A stretch of DNA of 64,000 nt from positions 68,582 to 132,581 of the forward strand of contig CAVVUS010000038.1 of the NCBI GenBank assembly GCA_963751345.1. Reading direction: 5' to 3'. Below the pieces are notes generated by a model, which saw only the letters and a list, made by a program, of their open reading frames with translations, made no database searches and was not told the DNA's origin. Numbering within the stretch: position 1 is the stretch's first letter; every line of letters begins with the position of its first letter. This document shows, piece after piece, positions 21,026-31,933 of the stretch. The position numbers were made by a program, and so were the translations under genes. Source of the DNA: an uncultured Chloroflexia bacterium (GTDB lineage: Bacteria > Chloroflexota > Anaerolineae > B4-G1 > SLSP01).

Positions 21026-22426
21026 TCAGGGCCCGAAGGGGCCGCCCTGCCGTACGCCGCCCTGCGGACGCTGGAAGAGCAGGCTGCGTTGTTGCTGTGT
21101 GACGAGCACGACCTCATCGCCTTCCGCCAGTCCGGATAGCACTTCTGTGTCGGTCTCGTTCTGGCGTCCCAACGTCACGATCGCCCGTTCGGGCGTTCCA
21201 TTGACCAGCCTCAGGCAGTAGGTCTCTGCGGTAGTCTGGTCCAACTGGATCGCCCAGTTGGGCACCAGCAGAACGTTCTTGACCACTTCTGTACTGATCT
21301 TCACACTCCCCGTCATCCCATCGAAAACCGTTGTGGCACCCACATTCTGTACCCTGAGACGCACCTGGTACGCGACGAGGCCGCCGAGATCGGTGGCTGC
21401 GGGGGCGATGCTGTAGACAGTGCAGGGGAGCGTGACGTCCGGGTACGCGTCGAGGGTCAGCTCAGCAGTTTGCCCGACGGTCACGGTGCCGATATCTATC
21501 TCGTCGATGGTTACGTCGACGTAGTATTCGCTATCATCAATCAGCGTGAGCGCCGTGCCACCCGCCCGATAGAGGGCGCTCTCCTGGACGGCGACGTCTG
21601 CGACGATGCCTGCGTAGGGCGCCGTGATGGTCGCCGCGTCAAGGGAACGTTGCGCCTGCTCGAGCTGGATCTTGGCCTGATCGACCTGCACCTGTTTCTG
21701 CTGGACGACGTCCGGATCCGGTGGCTTATTGAGGTCGTCAAGATTGGACTGAGCCTGCAGGTAAGTGGCGTAAGCTGACTTGTACTGAGACTCAGCCTGC
21801 TTCTGGGTGATGTCGGCGTTCAGATGGGCTATCTGCTCCTGGGCCTCCGCTTCGTGCAGCGCCGTCAGGGCGCGGTCTTTGGCGCCCCAATCTTCGGTGT
21901 CACGCCATGTGATGAAGGCCTGCTCGCGCTGCCGTTGGGCCTGTACGATCGTAGCGTCGGCATTGACTCGAGCTGTCTCCTTGCCCAGGCGAGCAACCTC
22001 CAGAGCCTTCGCCGCGTTGTTCAGGGCCACTTGCGCTACCTCGACGTCCGTCGGGTCGGCGGGTGCCAGCTCAGTGTCAAGGGCAAGCTGCGCCTGCTCG
22101 ACCGAGATCTGGGCCTGTCGCACCGCGCGGGTCAGGTCGGTGGTGTCGAGTTCAGCCAGCGTCTGTCCCTGCTGCACCCTATCGTTGGGTGCGACGAGCA
22201 CCCGGGCGACCGTGCCGGTCACGTCGCCGGCTATATTGGTCTGCTGCTTGACGGCAATATTGCCGCTTGCAGAGACGCTTATTTGCAGGTCTCCGCGGGT
22301 CACGCTGCCAGTTCGCAGGATCTGCTGACTGGTTTGGGCCGCACTCCGTTGGCGGAGCCAGAGCACTCCACCGACGGCCCCGCCTACCAAGATGATGACG
22401 AGGCCCCATATGACCAGCTTGCGCAT
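21026..22426 (-). CDS. Efflux adaptor (membrane fusion protein) 1
   Basis: N-terminal TM; GTVARVLV..NDRVQQGQTLAELD, ITAPYAGIV, IDEIDI, LLVPNWAI, GLAEGDEV. Confidence 0.9.
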   Translation of the reverse strand: MRKLVIWGLVIILVGGAVGGVLWLRQRSAAQTSQQILRTGSVTRGDLQISVSASGNIAVKQQTNIAGDVTGTVARVLVAPNDRVQQGQTLAELDTTDLTRAVRQAQISVEQAQLALDTELAPADPTDVEVAQVALNNAAKALEVARLGKETARVNADATIVQAQRQREQAFITWRDTEDWGAKDRALTALHEAEAQEQIAHLNADITQKQAESQYKSAYATYLQAQSNLDDLNKPPDPDVVQQKQVQVDQAKIQLEQAQRSLDAATITAPYAGIVADVAVQESALYRAGGTALTLIDDSEYYVDVTIDEIDIGTVTVGQTAELTLDAYPDVTLPCTVYSIAPAATDLGGLVAYQVRLRVQNVGATTVFDGMTGSVKISTEVVKNVLLVPNWAIQLDQTTAETYCLRLVNGTPERAIVTLGRQNETDTEVLSGLAEGDEVVLVTQQQRSLLFQRPQGGVRQGGPFGP

Positions 22427-22439
22427 GATTTATCTCCGT

Positions 22440-22481
22440 TATAATTGACTCGGGTCATAATTGACCGGAGTCATTATAGCA
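22440..22481 (-). promoter_or_regulatory. Extended -10 promoter of the efflux operon overlapped by an operator-like inverted repeat
   Basis: Minus-strand TGCTATAAT at 22481-22473; IR TATAATTGACTCGGGTCA-taat-TGACCGGAGTCATTATA. Confidence 0.75.
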
Positions 22482-22600
22482 GCGCTGCGCTCTGAGGCAA
22501 TCGGTAATGCGAAGAGACACAGAAAGGGAGTAGACGCGGGTGTCTGCTCCCGCAAGCAGGGGAGTGCCCCGTGGCGGGCACTGTAGCGCCCGACAGTTAC

Positions 22601-23608
22601 CTAGATCTCGCGCAGCGTTCTCCGTAGATACGGCAGCAGCGCGTGACTCTTCCCGGCACCCACCGCGACACACGCCATCGGAGCATCGGCCACGTAGACC
22701 GGGACACCTGTCTCCTGCGTAAGGAGCTGGTCGAGATTGCGCAGCAGAGATCCGCCGCCGATCATGGTCATCCCGCGGTCGATGATGTCGGAAGCCAACT
22801 CAGGCGGCGTGCGTTCGAGAACCGACTTCACCATGTTGATGATGAGAGCGATCGGTTCTTCCAGCGCCTCTACGACGTCGTCGCTAGAAATCTCGACGCT
22901 GCGAGGAAGCCCGGTAACCTGGTCCCGGCCCTGGACTTCCATACGCAGCGGTTCCTCCAGGGCGAGCGCTGCACCGATACGGATCTTTGCCTCTTCCGCG
23001 CTGGGCTGACCCAGCATAAGGTTGTACTTGCGGCGGACGTAGCTGGCGATAGCCTCGTCCATCCGGACGCCGCCCTCACGGATGGCCGACGACGTGACCA
23101 CACCGTAGACCGAGAGTACGGCCGCCTGACTTGTGCCGCCGCCGAGGTCGACCACCATATGCCCCCCGGGCGTGTGGATCGGCAGGCCTGCCCCAATGGC
23201 ACCCGCAATCGGCTCCGGAATGCGGTAGGCGCGACTCGCCCCCGCTTCCAGCGCTGCCTCTTGGACGGCGCGCCGCTCAACTTGCGTGGCGCCAAACGGA
23301 ACCGTCACGCAGACACGCGGTTTGAAGAGCCGTACCTTGCCGATGGCCCGGTTGATGAAGTAGAAAAGCATCTTCTGTGTGACACGGTAGTCGGCAATAA
23401 CGCCGGCCCGCAGCGGGCGCCGAACGACAATGGTCTCGGGTGCTCGTCCCATCATGGCCCGAGCTTCTTCGCCGACCGCGACGACCTCGCCGGTCTCCAG
23501 CTCTTGGGCGACGACCGACGGTTCCTGCAGGACAATACCCCGCCCTCGTACGTAGACGAGGACGTTGACCGTCCCAAGGTCAATCCCTAGCTCTTCAACA
23601 AATGGCAT
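22601..23608 (-). CDS. mreB: Rod shape-determining protein, MreB/Mbl family
   Basis: GIDLGT, EPSVVA, GVIAD, ERRAV, EPIAGAIGAGL, VDLGGGT, GRDQVTGLP, TPPELASDI, GGGSLL. Confidence 0.93.
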   Translation of the reverse strand: MPFVEELGIDLGTVNVLVYVRGRGIVLQEPSVVAQELETGEVVAVGEEARAMMGRAPETIVVRRPLRAGVIADYRVTQKMLFYFINRAIGKVRLFKPRVCVTVPFGATQVERRAVQEAALEAGASRAYRIPEPIAGAIGAGLPIHTPGGHMVVDLGGGTSQAAVLSVYGVVTSSAIREGGVRMDEAIASYVRRKYNLMLGQPSAEEAKIRIGAALALEEPLRMEVQGRDQVTGLPRSVEISSDDVVEALEEPIALIINMVKSVLERTPPELASDIIDRGMTMIGGGSLLRNLDQLLTQETGVPVYVADAPMACVAVGAGKSHALLPYLRRTLREI

Positions 23609-23686
23609 AACGGCTTGAGTTCTCCGGGCTGTGCGCTGGCGTCCACCAGCGGTTTATGCAATGTGGTGTCAACAACATCCGGATGA

Positions 23687-25246
<1,560 letters not shown>

Positions 25247-25248
25247 AC

Positions 25249-25662
25249 ATGGCGGTGCCCGGAACGCTCCATCTGACGGTCCTGACGCCCGAACAGCTGG
25301 TGCTTCACGTCGACGCAGCACAGAAGGTACGGCTCAAGCTGGTGGATCAGGCGTGGCTCAGTATCTATCCGTACCACGAGTCACTGGTTGCCGAGATCCT
25401 GCCCGGTCCGCTGCAGTACGATACAGAGATTGAGACCGGCGAGATCATGGTAGGCTCGGGCATTCTCCAGGTGGATGGCGACGAAGTCGTCGTCCTCACC
25501 AGCGGGCTGCAGCATGATGGACCGCCCTTCTGCGACGGGCGACCTGGAGGGTGAGCGATCTCCGGTTCGACCGGTTGGCAGAGCAACTGACGGCTGACCT
25601 CAACGCTCGCGCCGACCGTCCGCCAAATCGGAGCAGTGAGGAGAGGCACCGAGCCCAGATGA
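25249..25662 (+). CDS. atpC: F1 epsilon subunit, divergent; 3' part frameshifted and end uncertain
   Basis: LHLTVLTPE...IYPYH...GILQVDGDEVVVLT; a helical tail DLRFDRLAEQL continues in another frame after ~25530; position after atpD. Confidence 0.7.
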
Positions 25663-25943
25663 TCATCACTGCGGGCGTCGTTCCTTGGTTCGTCTTTGGT
25701 GTTGTTCTCAGCATTGTCCATGGGTTCCGGATCGCTCGGGCCGTAGGGCGAATTTCGCCAGATAGGTCGTCTGGTGTCCGGATGGGGGTTTTTGCCGGGT
25801 ATCTGATGCGGTATCTGACTGTCGTGGTGGCTATGACGCTGGCTGTACAGCAGAGCGCCGCAGCCTGCGTTTCGGTCTCGTTGGGTATGGTGGTGGGGCG
25901 CTGGTTTACGGTCTATCGGAGAGTATCGGGCACGGCCGGCTGA
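25659..25943 (+). CDS. AtpR/AtpI-like small membrane subunit
   Basis: RBS GAGGAGAGG; three hydrophobic segments with in-membrane Arg (YLMRY, VVGRW) as in N-ATPase AtpR; lies before atpB. Confidence 0.65.
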   Translation: MIITAGVVPWFVFGVVLSIVHGFRIARAVGRISPDRSSGVRMGVFAGYLMRYLTVVVAMTLAVQQSAAACVSVSLGMVVGRWFTVYRRVSGTAG

Positions 25944-25977
25944 GCTCGACCCCGGCAGTGCGGAGAGGAGTGCGGCG

Positions 25978-26616
25978 ATGGACAATGTCTTTCCCAGAGT
26001 AGTCTTCAGCATCTTCGGGGTGCCGGTCAGAAACACCGTCGTGTCCTCCTGGATCACGATCGTCCTTATTCTTGCGGTCGTGTGGATTCTGCGGAAGACG
26101 GTGCCTGTGGCCCTGGAGATGGTGATGGACTTCCTTCGCAGCACCGTTTCTGATGTGATGGGTGATATCCCCGCCGATCCCTACATTCCCTTCGTAGGCA
26201 CGTTGATGCTCTACCTATTGGTAGCCAACAACGTTGGCGTCGTGCCACTGATCGAGACGCCGACGAAGGATATCAACACTCCGATAGCACTGGCTGTCAT
26301 CGTCTTTGTGGCCGTTCACGTTTTCGCCGTGCAACGCAAGGGCGCTCTGGGATATCTCAAAGAGTTCGCCTCCCCGTTGATTGTGCTGGACCTTATCGGG
26401 CAGGTGAGCCGCACGATGTCGCTGTCGATAAGGCTCTTCGGCAACATCCTCGCGGGCGATATCATTGTCGCCGTGATCTTTATGCTCGTGAAGCCCATCG
26501 CGCCGCTGCCGATGATTGTATTGGGTCTAGTGACCGGGGTCCTCCAGGCCTACATTTTCGTAAGCATAGCACTGAGCGCGATTTCATCGGCTGTCCAACC
26601 TCGCAATCCCAGTTAG
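25978..26616 (+). CDS. atpB: Fo a subunit
   Basis: TPTKDINT, SRTMSLSIRLFGNILAG (essential Arg), LQAYIF; short 212-aa form. Confidence 0.93.
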   Translation: MDNVFPRVVFSIFGVPVRNTVVSSWITIVLILAVVWILRKTVPVALEMVMDFLRSTVSDVMGDIPADPYIPFVGTLMLYLLVANNVGVVPLIETPTKDINTPIALAVIVFVAVHVFAVQRKGALGYLKEFASPLIVLDLIGQVSRTMSLSIRLFGNILAGDIIVAVIFMLVKPIAPLPMIVLGLVTGVLQAYIFVSIALSAISSAVQPRNPS

Positions 26617-26660
26617 TTGCCTGGGGCGAACGCACAGACTCAAGACAAAGGAGCAGAACT

Positions 26661-26942
26661 ATGGCACAGTTGGATCCGGGTACATTGATCACCATCGTGA
26701 CGATTCTGACCGCGGGTGTCGGCATGGTCCTTGGCGCGATCCTGCCCGCCGTGGTCGAGGGGCGGGCCGTGCTCAGGGCCCTGGATGGGATGGTGCGTCA
26801 ACCTGAGGTGGCAAATGATCTCCGAAACACATTGATCGTGTCGATGGCCCTCCTGGAGACCACCGCCATCTATGTGCTGCTGGTGGTCCTCATCCTACTC
26901 TTCGCGAATCCTCTTCTCGACCGCTTCTTTCCGACGGGGTGA
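26661..26942 (+). CDS. atpE: Fo c subunit with Na+-binding signature
   Basis: PAVVEG in helix 1, RQPE loop, ETTAIY in helix 2, LLFANP. Confidence 0.95.
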   Translation: MAQLDPGTLITIVTILTAGVGMVLGAILPAVVEGRAVLRALDGMVRQPEVANDLRNTLIVSMALLETTAIYVLLVVLILLFANPLLDRFFPTG

Positions 26943-26964
26943 GCCTATGCAGAGCAAGGAATAG

Positions 26965-27750
26965 ATGATGCTTCAGTTGGATCTTGCGACTATTCTGTGG
27001 CAGGTAGTCAATTTCCTCATTCTCTTTGTGGCATTGTACTTCCTCCTGTTCAAGCCCGTGATGGCAGCGATCAGGAAGCGCGAGGATCTGCGACAACAAC
27101 AGGCGCGCAAGCTGGAGGAGGACCGCACTGCGGCTGCTGCGCTGCGTTCCGAGTTGGAGTCACGGCTGTCATCGGCAGAGGAAGAGGCTGAAGTGATCAT
27201 CAGCCGTGCCAAGGATCAGGCTGAGGTGGAGCGGGGAACCCTGGTTGAGGAGGCGCGGGCTGAGGTTGAGCGCATCCTGACGGAGGCTCACGCGGACGCC
27301 TACCGCCTGAAGCGGCAGTCGGTTGATGAGTTTCACGATGAGCTGCTGTCCGCCGTGCTGGACGTCAGCGGTCTGGTGATCGGCAAGGTAGCGCCCGATG
27401 GCCTCCATACCTCGCTGGTCGACCAGCTCTGCAACAGTGTGTGGGAGATGGGTCAGAGCGATATGCGGCGCGTTGAGGCCCTGCGTCAGTCACTTGGCGA
27501 TCGGTCGCCCACGTTAGTCGCTCGGACCGCCAGGACGCTGTCGCCCGAGCAGCAGGGGCTCATCGTGCGGACGTTCTCCGCGCTGGCCGATCGAAGCGTG
27601 AATATCGATCTGAGGGTGGAGCCCTCCCTGGGGCTGGGATTGCAGGTGCGCCTGGGCGATCTGGTCATGGATAATACCATCGCCGGGCGCCTGGACGAGC
27701 TGCGTGAAAGTGTCGTGGATGCCCTAGCAGAGCGCATCTCGAATGAGTGA
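26965..27750 (+). CDS. atpF: Fo b subunit fused to a delta-like C-terminal domain
   Basis: WQVVNFLILF..LY.LLFKP, coiled coil, C-terminal TARTLSPEQ...VEPSLGLGLQVRLGDLVMD. Confidence 0.9.
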   Translation: MMLQLDLATILWQVVNFLILFVALYFLLFKPVMAAIRKREDLRQQQARKLEEDRTAAAALRSELESRLSSAEEEAEVIISRAKDQAEVERGTLVEEARAEVERILTEAHADAYRLKRQSVDEFHDELLSAVLDVSGLVIGKVAPDGLHTSLVDQLCNSVWEMGQSDMRRVEALRQSLGDRSPTLVARTARTLSPEQQGLIVRTFSALADRSVNIDLRVEPSLGLGLQVRLGDLVMDNTIAGRLDELRESVVDALAERISNE

Positions 27751-29468
27751 GAAGCAGCAGGTCGGCCCTGACGTTCCCGGTCTTCTGCGGCGCCTGCGCG
27801 AGGGCGCGCAGCAGGGCACGGGCCCCGGGCCGATCTCCATCCACCGGGAAGGCAGCGTCGGGATCGTCCACCAGATCAGTTCGGAAGTGTCGGCCCTGAC
27901 GGGGGGTCGGAGCCTGCAGCCGAGGGTGGGTGACCTGTTCGCCGAGCTTACCCAACGTGTCGGGACGATCACGCCGGATGTGCGGTTCCGTGAGGTGGGT
28001 ACCGTCCAGCATGTGGGGAGTGGCGTGGTCACGCTGTCGGGTCTGCCACAGTCGAAGACCAATGAGCTCGTTACCTTCACGACCGGTGTTCAGGGGCTGG
28101 TGCTGAACCTGGAGCGTACATCCGTGGACGTGATTCTCCTGGGACCCGGTGAGGGGATCCAGGGAGGGGACCTCGTCACCGCAACCGGTGCGCGCCTGCG
28201 CATCCCGGTGGGTCACAGCGTGCTTGGCCGGGTGATTGATCCACTCGCCAACCCTCTTGACGACCGCGGTTCCATCGAAATGACAGAGGCTCGGCCAATG
28301 GAGCGGGAGGCGCCACGTATCGTCGATCGCGTTCCGGTCAATGATCCGCTTCTGACAGGGTGGAAAATGGTGGATGCCCTGGTGCCGATCGGCCGGGGAC
28401 AGCGGGAACTCATCCTTGGCGATCGCCAGACGGGCAAGACCACCCTGGTCGTCGATACCATCCTCAACCAGTTGGGCCAGGTGCTCCAGAAGGGAAGCAG
28501 CGCCCAGAGAGGCGGCGTTATCTGCTTCTACGTCGCCATCGGTCAGAAGAAGTCCTCCACACTGGCTGTCATCGAAACGCTCCGCGCGCACGATGCGATG
28601 TCATACACGACCGTCGTGGTCGCCAGTGCTGACGATCCCCCGGCTCTGCGGTATCTGGCGCCCTATGCGGCCTGCACGATGGCGGAGTTCTTTATGTTGG
28701 AGGGGCGTGACGTCCTCATCATCTTCGACGATCTGACAAAGCATGCCGAGGCCTATCGTGAGCTTAGCCTGCTGTTGCGGCGACCGCCGGGCCGCGAGGC
28801 GTACCCAGGTGATGTCTTTTACCTGCACTCGCGGCTGCTGGAGCGAGCAGCCAGACTTAGCCCGGATCTGGGCGGCGGCTCGTTGACTGCCCTGCCTATC
28901 GCCGAGACGCAACAGGGCAACCTGGCGTCGTACATACCGACCAACCTGATCTCGATCACCGATGGGCAGATCATCCTGGATACCGATCTCTTCAATCAGG
29001 GCGTCAAGCCGGCGATCGATGCGGGACGTTCGGTGTCGCGAGTGGGGAGTGCAGCACAGGCCACCGGCGATGCGCACGTTCGCCTCAAACCTGCGCCTGG
29101 AACTGGCCCAGTACGAGGACGTGAGGCGATTTGCCCGCTTCGGCACGGACGTGGACGAAGCCACGCGCCAACAGATTCGGCGGGGCGAGCGGTGGCAACG
29201 CTTACTTACCCAGCCACCCCGCCAGCCGTTGTCGTTGGGCGAGGAGCTGCTGATGCTGAAGGCGGCGAGTGAGGGCTATCTCGACGACATACCCACGCAG
29301 GATATCCACGCCTTCGAGCGGGCCTTCCTCGGCCACTTCCGTGCGGTCCATCCGACATCGATCTCCCAGCTTGATCGGACGGGTCTTGAGGACGACGAGT
29401 TCACTACAACTTTTACGGAAGCCATCAGGGCGTTCCGGGCGACGTGGATCAGGGGGGAGGAACAATGA
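27743..29468 (+). CDS. atpA: F1 alpha subunit with N-terminal extension, frameshift near 29065
   Basis: GRGQRELILGDRQTGKT, DDLTKHA, RPPGREAYPGDVFYLHSRLLER, ISITDGQI, SVSRVG; C-terminus in ORF 28962..29468 (LELAQYED..FARFG). Confidence 0.93.
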
Positions 29469-29798
29469 CCAGTAAGATGGTGATGGCCGTGGTGGCGCGT
29501 GACCAGGCGGATCGCGTGCTGGACAAGTTGATCTCGGCTGGCTATGGGGCGACCTTCACGGAGAGCCGCGGCGGCATGCTACGACAGGCTCAGAAGATGC
29601 TGTTTATCGCTGTCGACGCCGATAAGGTCGACGATGTCCTGGACATCATCCGCAGGATGTGCCGGACAAGAGTCGAGGTGAGCGAACAGCGAGGGCCTGC
29701 CGAGCATCTTCGGTCCGCTGGCACCTGCAACTTCGACGACCGAGGTCGGCTACGCCGTCGCCTTTGTCTGGGATCTGGACCGGTTTGAGGCATATTGA
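29465..29798 (+). CDS. PII-like cyclic-di-AMP receptor homolog (DarA/PstA/YaaQ, DUF970), frameshift near 29710
   Basis: KMVMAVVARDQADRVLDKL...ATFTESRGGMLR...LFIAVDADKVDDVLDIIRRMCRTR, then in the shifted frame EVGYAVAFVWDLDRFEAY*; same pattern as DarA KLIVAVVQ..TGGFL..EVGGATVFV. Confidence 0.8.
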
Positions 29799-29846
29799 TG
29801 GGTAGGCAGGTCGAGGCTGCTTAGGGGCTCCGACGGGGAGACCGAG

Positions 29847-30812
29847 ATGAGCTACGAGCTGGAGAAGGCCACGAGTCGTCTCGACAACATCCGCAGGGTC
29901 AAGCCGATCCTCGCGGCTCTTCGCACCATTTCGTTGGGGAGTTGGCAGATGGCGCGCAACCGGCGCGCCGGGCTTGGGCCCTACACGGAGCGACTCTTAC
30001 GTCTGCTGGCGATTGTTGTCCCTCACGTCGGTCAGCGGCAGGTCGGCTATCGGTTGGGCGGGGCGGCGACACGCCGACAGCACGCTGGGGGCCGCCAGAA
30101 TCCACAGGAGGGCCAGACTGTCGTCGTGGTCATTGGCAGCGAGCGCGGCCTGTGTGGTCGATACAATAAGGTCCTGCTCGAGCGCCTGGAGACTTACCTT
30201 GCCGACATGCGCGCAGAGATGCCCGCGGGCAGGCCTACTGAGCTGATGGCGATGGGAACGCGGATGGCCCGCGAGATGGACCTGGGCGGCTACGACGTGG
30301 CGCGAACGAAGGCGCTTTCGGTCACCGCGCTACCTTCGTTTGACCTGGCGTTCGGGCTTGTCGCCGAATGGCTGCAGCGCTATGAGGCATACGAATTGGA
30401 TGCAGTGGACGTGCTCTATAACGCTGACCAGGGGGCCGGTAGCTACGGCGCGACCGTCACGCGACTGATACCGCCTGAGCTTCCCGTGGTCTCCCCCCGG
30501 GAAACGCCGACCGACCAGCTCGGGTTCCCGCGTCGCCCTGTGCCTGACGCGGAGATTCCCGTGGCGACCGATCCCGTCCGGCTGTACGTTCGCATCGTGG
30601 AACAATGGACGGCGACGGCAGCATATCGCTTGCTCCTCGAGAGCGCGGTGACCGAGCATTCGACCCGGTACCAGTTGATGGAGGCCGCGACGCAGAATGC
30701 GGACGACCTTGTTAACGACTTGATGTTGGCAGTCCAGTCTGCACGGCGCCAGGCGATCACGCGTGAGATGCAGGAACTGGCTGTGGGTGCAGGTCTGCTC
30801 AGGCACGATTAG
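29847..30812 (+). CDS. atpG: F1 gamma subunit
   Basis: IGSERGLCGRYN, EHSTRYQLMEAATQNA, RRQAITREMQEL. Confidence 0.92.
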   Translation: MSYELEKATSRLDNIRRVKPILAALRTISLGSWQMARNRRAGLGPYTERLLRLLAIVVPHVGQRQVGYRLGGAATRRQHAGGRQNPQEGQTVVVVIGSERGLCGRYNKVLLERLETYLADMRAEMPAGRPTELMAMGTRMAREMDLGGYDVARTKALSVTALPSFDLAFGLVAEWLQRYEAYELDAVDVLYNADQGAGSYGATVTRLIPPELPVVSPRETPTDQLGFPRRPVPDAEIPVATDPVRLYVRIVEQWTATAAYRLLLESAVTEHSTRYQLMEAATQNADDLVNDLMLAVQSARRQAITREMQELAVGAGLLRHD

Positions 30813-30833
30813 CACAAGATCGGAGAGTACGCT

Positions 30834-31332
30834 GTGAGACAGCTTTGGGCGCCTTGGCGAATGCCCTATCTACGTGGCAGTGATGGCGACAGCGAGGGGT
30901 GCATATTCTGCAACAAGGTCACCTCTAATGACGCGGCTGAGCACGTGCTCTATCGCGGGCGAACGTGTTTTGTGGTCCTGAACCGCTATCCGTACAGTAA
31001 TGGGCATATGATGATCGTGCCCTATGCGCACGTGAGCTCGTTGACCCAACTCGATGACGCTGTCCTGCTTGAGATGTTGCAGTTGGCGAGAGAGGCCCAG
31101 CGTGTGCTCCTGGAGTCCGCCGGCCCGCAAGGGTTCAACGTGGGCATCAACGAGGGGAGTGCTGCCGGGGCTGGCATCGAGGAACATCATCCACATGCAC
31201 ATCGTGCCTCGATGGGAGGGCGATGCGAACTATATGACCGTGATCGGCGGAACGCGCGTCATCCCCCAGATGCTTGACGAAACGTATGCTGAGCTGCGAC
31301 CGCTCTTCGATCGGCTGCCCAAGGAGGCCTGA
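30834..31332 (+). CDS. HIT-family hydrolase (Fhit/Ap4A phosphorylase-like), frameshift near 31190
   Basis: LWAPWR.PY, CIFC, LNRYPYSNGH, GFNVGIN.G..AGAGI, H.HMHIVPRW.GD.N. Confidence 0.88.
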
Positions 31333-31334
31333 AG

Positions 31335-31932
31335 TCAGTCGCTGAAGCGCCTCATATAGGCGATGGCACGACTGATTCCGAAGACTGCCAGCAGGCCAAG
31401 CACAATCACGACCGCGACCCCGTAGCTGATCCGGACGTAGAGCGCGACGAGACTCAGCGCGACGCCGGACAGGGCGGTGAGTGAAGAGACGCCGGAGGTG
31501 GCCGCGTATGAGCCGAGGCGGCGCTGCGACTCTTTCGATGGCCGCCAGCCGCCGGCGGAAGTCGTGTAGGTCCCAGCCGATGAGGCTCGCCGTAATCGCG
31601 CCGAGTGCCCACTCTGGAGCGTCGCCCTGCCAGATGGATATGGCGGCAAGCAGAGCGAACCCGCCGAAGACCACGCCGGACAGCCAGGCCGCTTTGGGTA
31701 CGCCCCTCGGCCAGGATGGCCAGTCCGACGAACACCAAGGCTTGCCGCGCCGCCGACCCACGACTGCCGGACGGCAAAGCTCGGCGGCGAGCGCCCCACC
31801 GGCGACGGCCGCCAGCGCACACGAGATGAGCGTGAATCTGCGCAGCCAAGTGGCAACGCGCTCGGGCTCTTGATCGTCATCCAACGGCTCCTCCTCGGTC
31901 AGGGCGGTCTGTCGTAGCTCCTGAGTGCTCAC
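31335..31932 (-). CDS. Hypothetical membrane protein closing the second moxR operon, frameshifted
   Basis: Hydrophobic segments spread over ORFs 31147..31932, 31454..31849 and 31335..31880 (LIGWDL..F..RL). Confidence 0.55.
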
Positions 31933-31933
31933 G

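Noticed and set aside
25551-25943. 130-aa ORF as a single novel ATPase subunit
   Set aside because: Better explained as the frameshifted epsilon tail joined to an AtpR-like gene starting at 25659 with its own RBS
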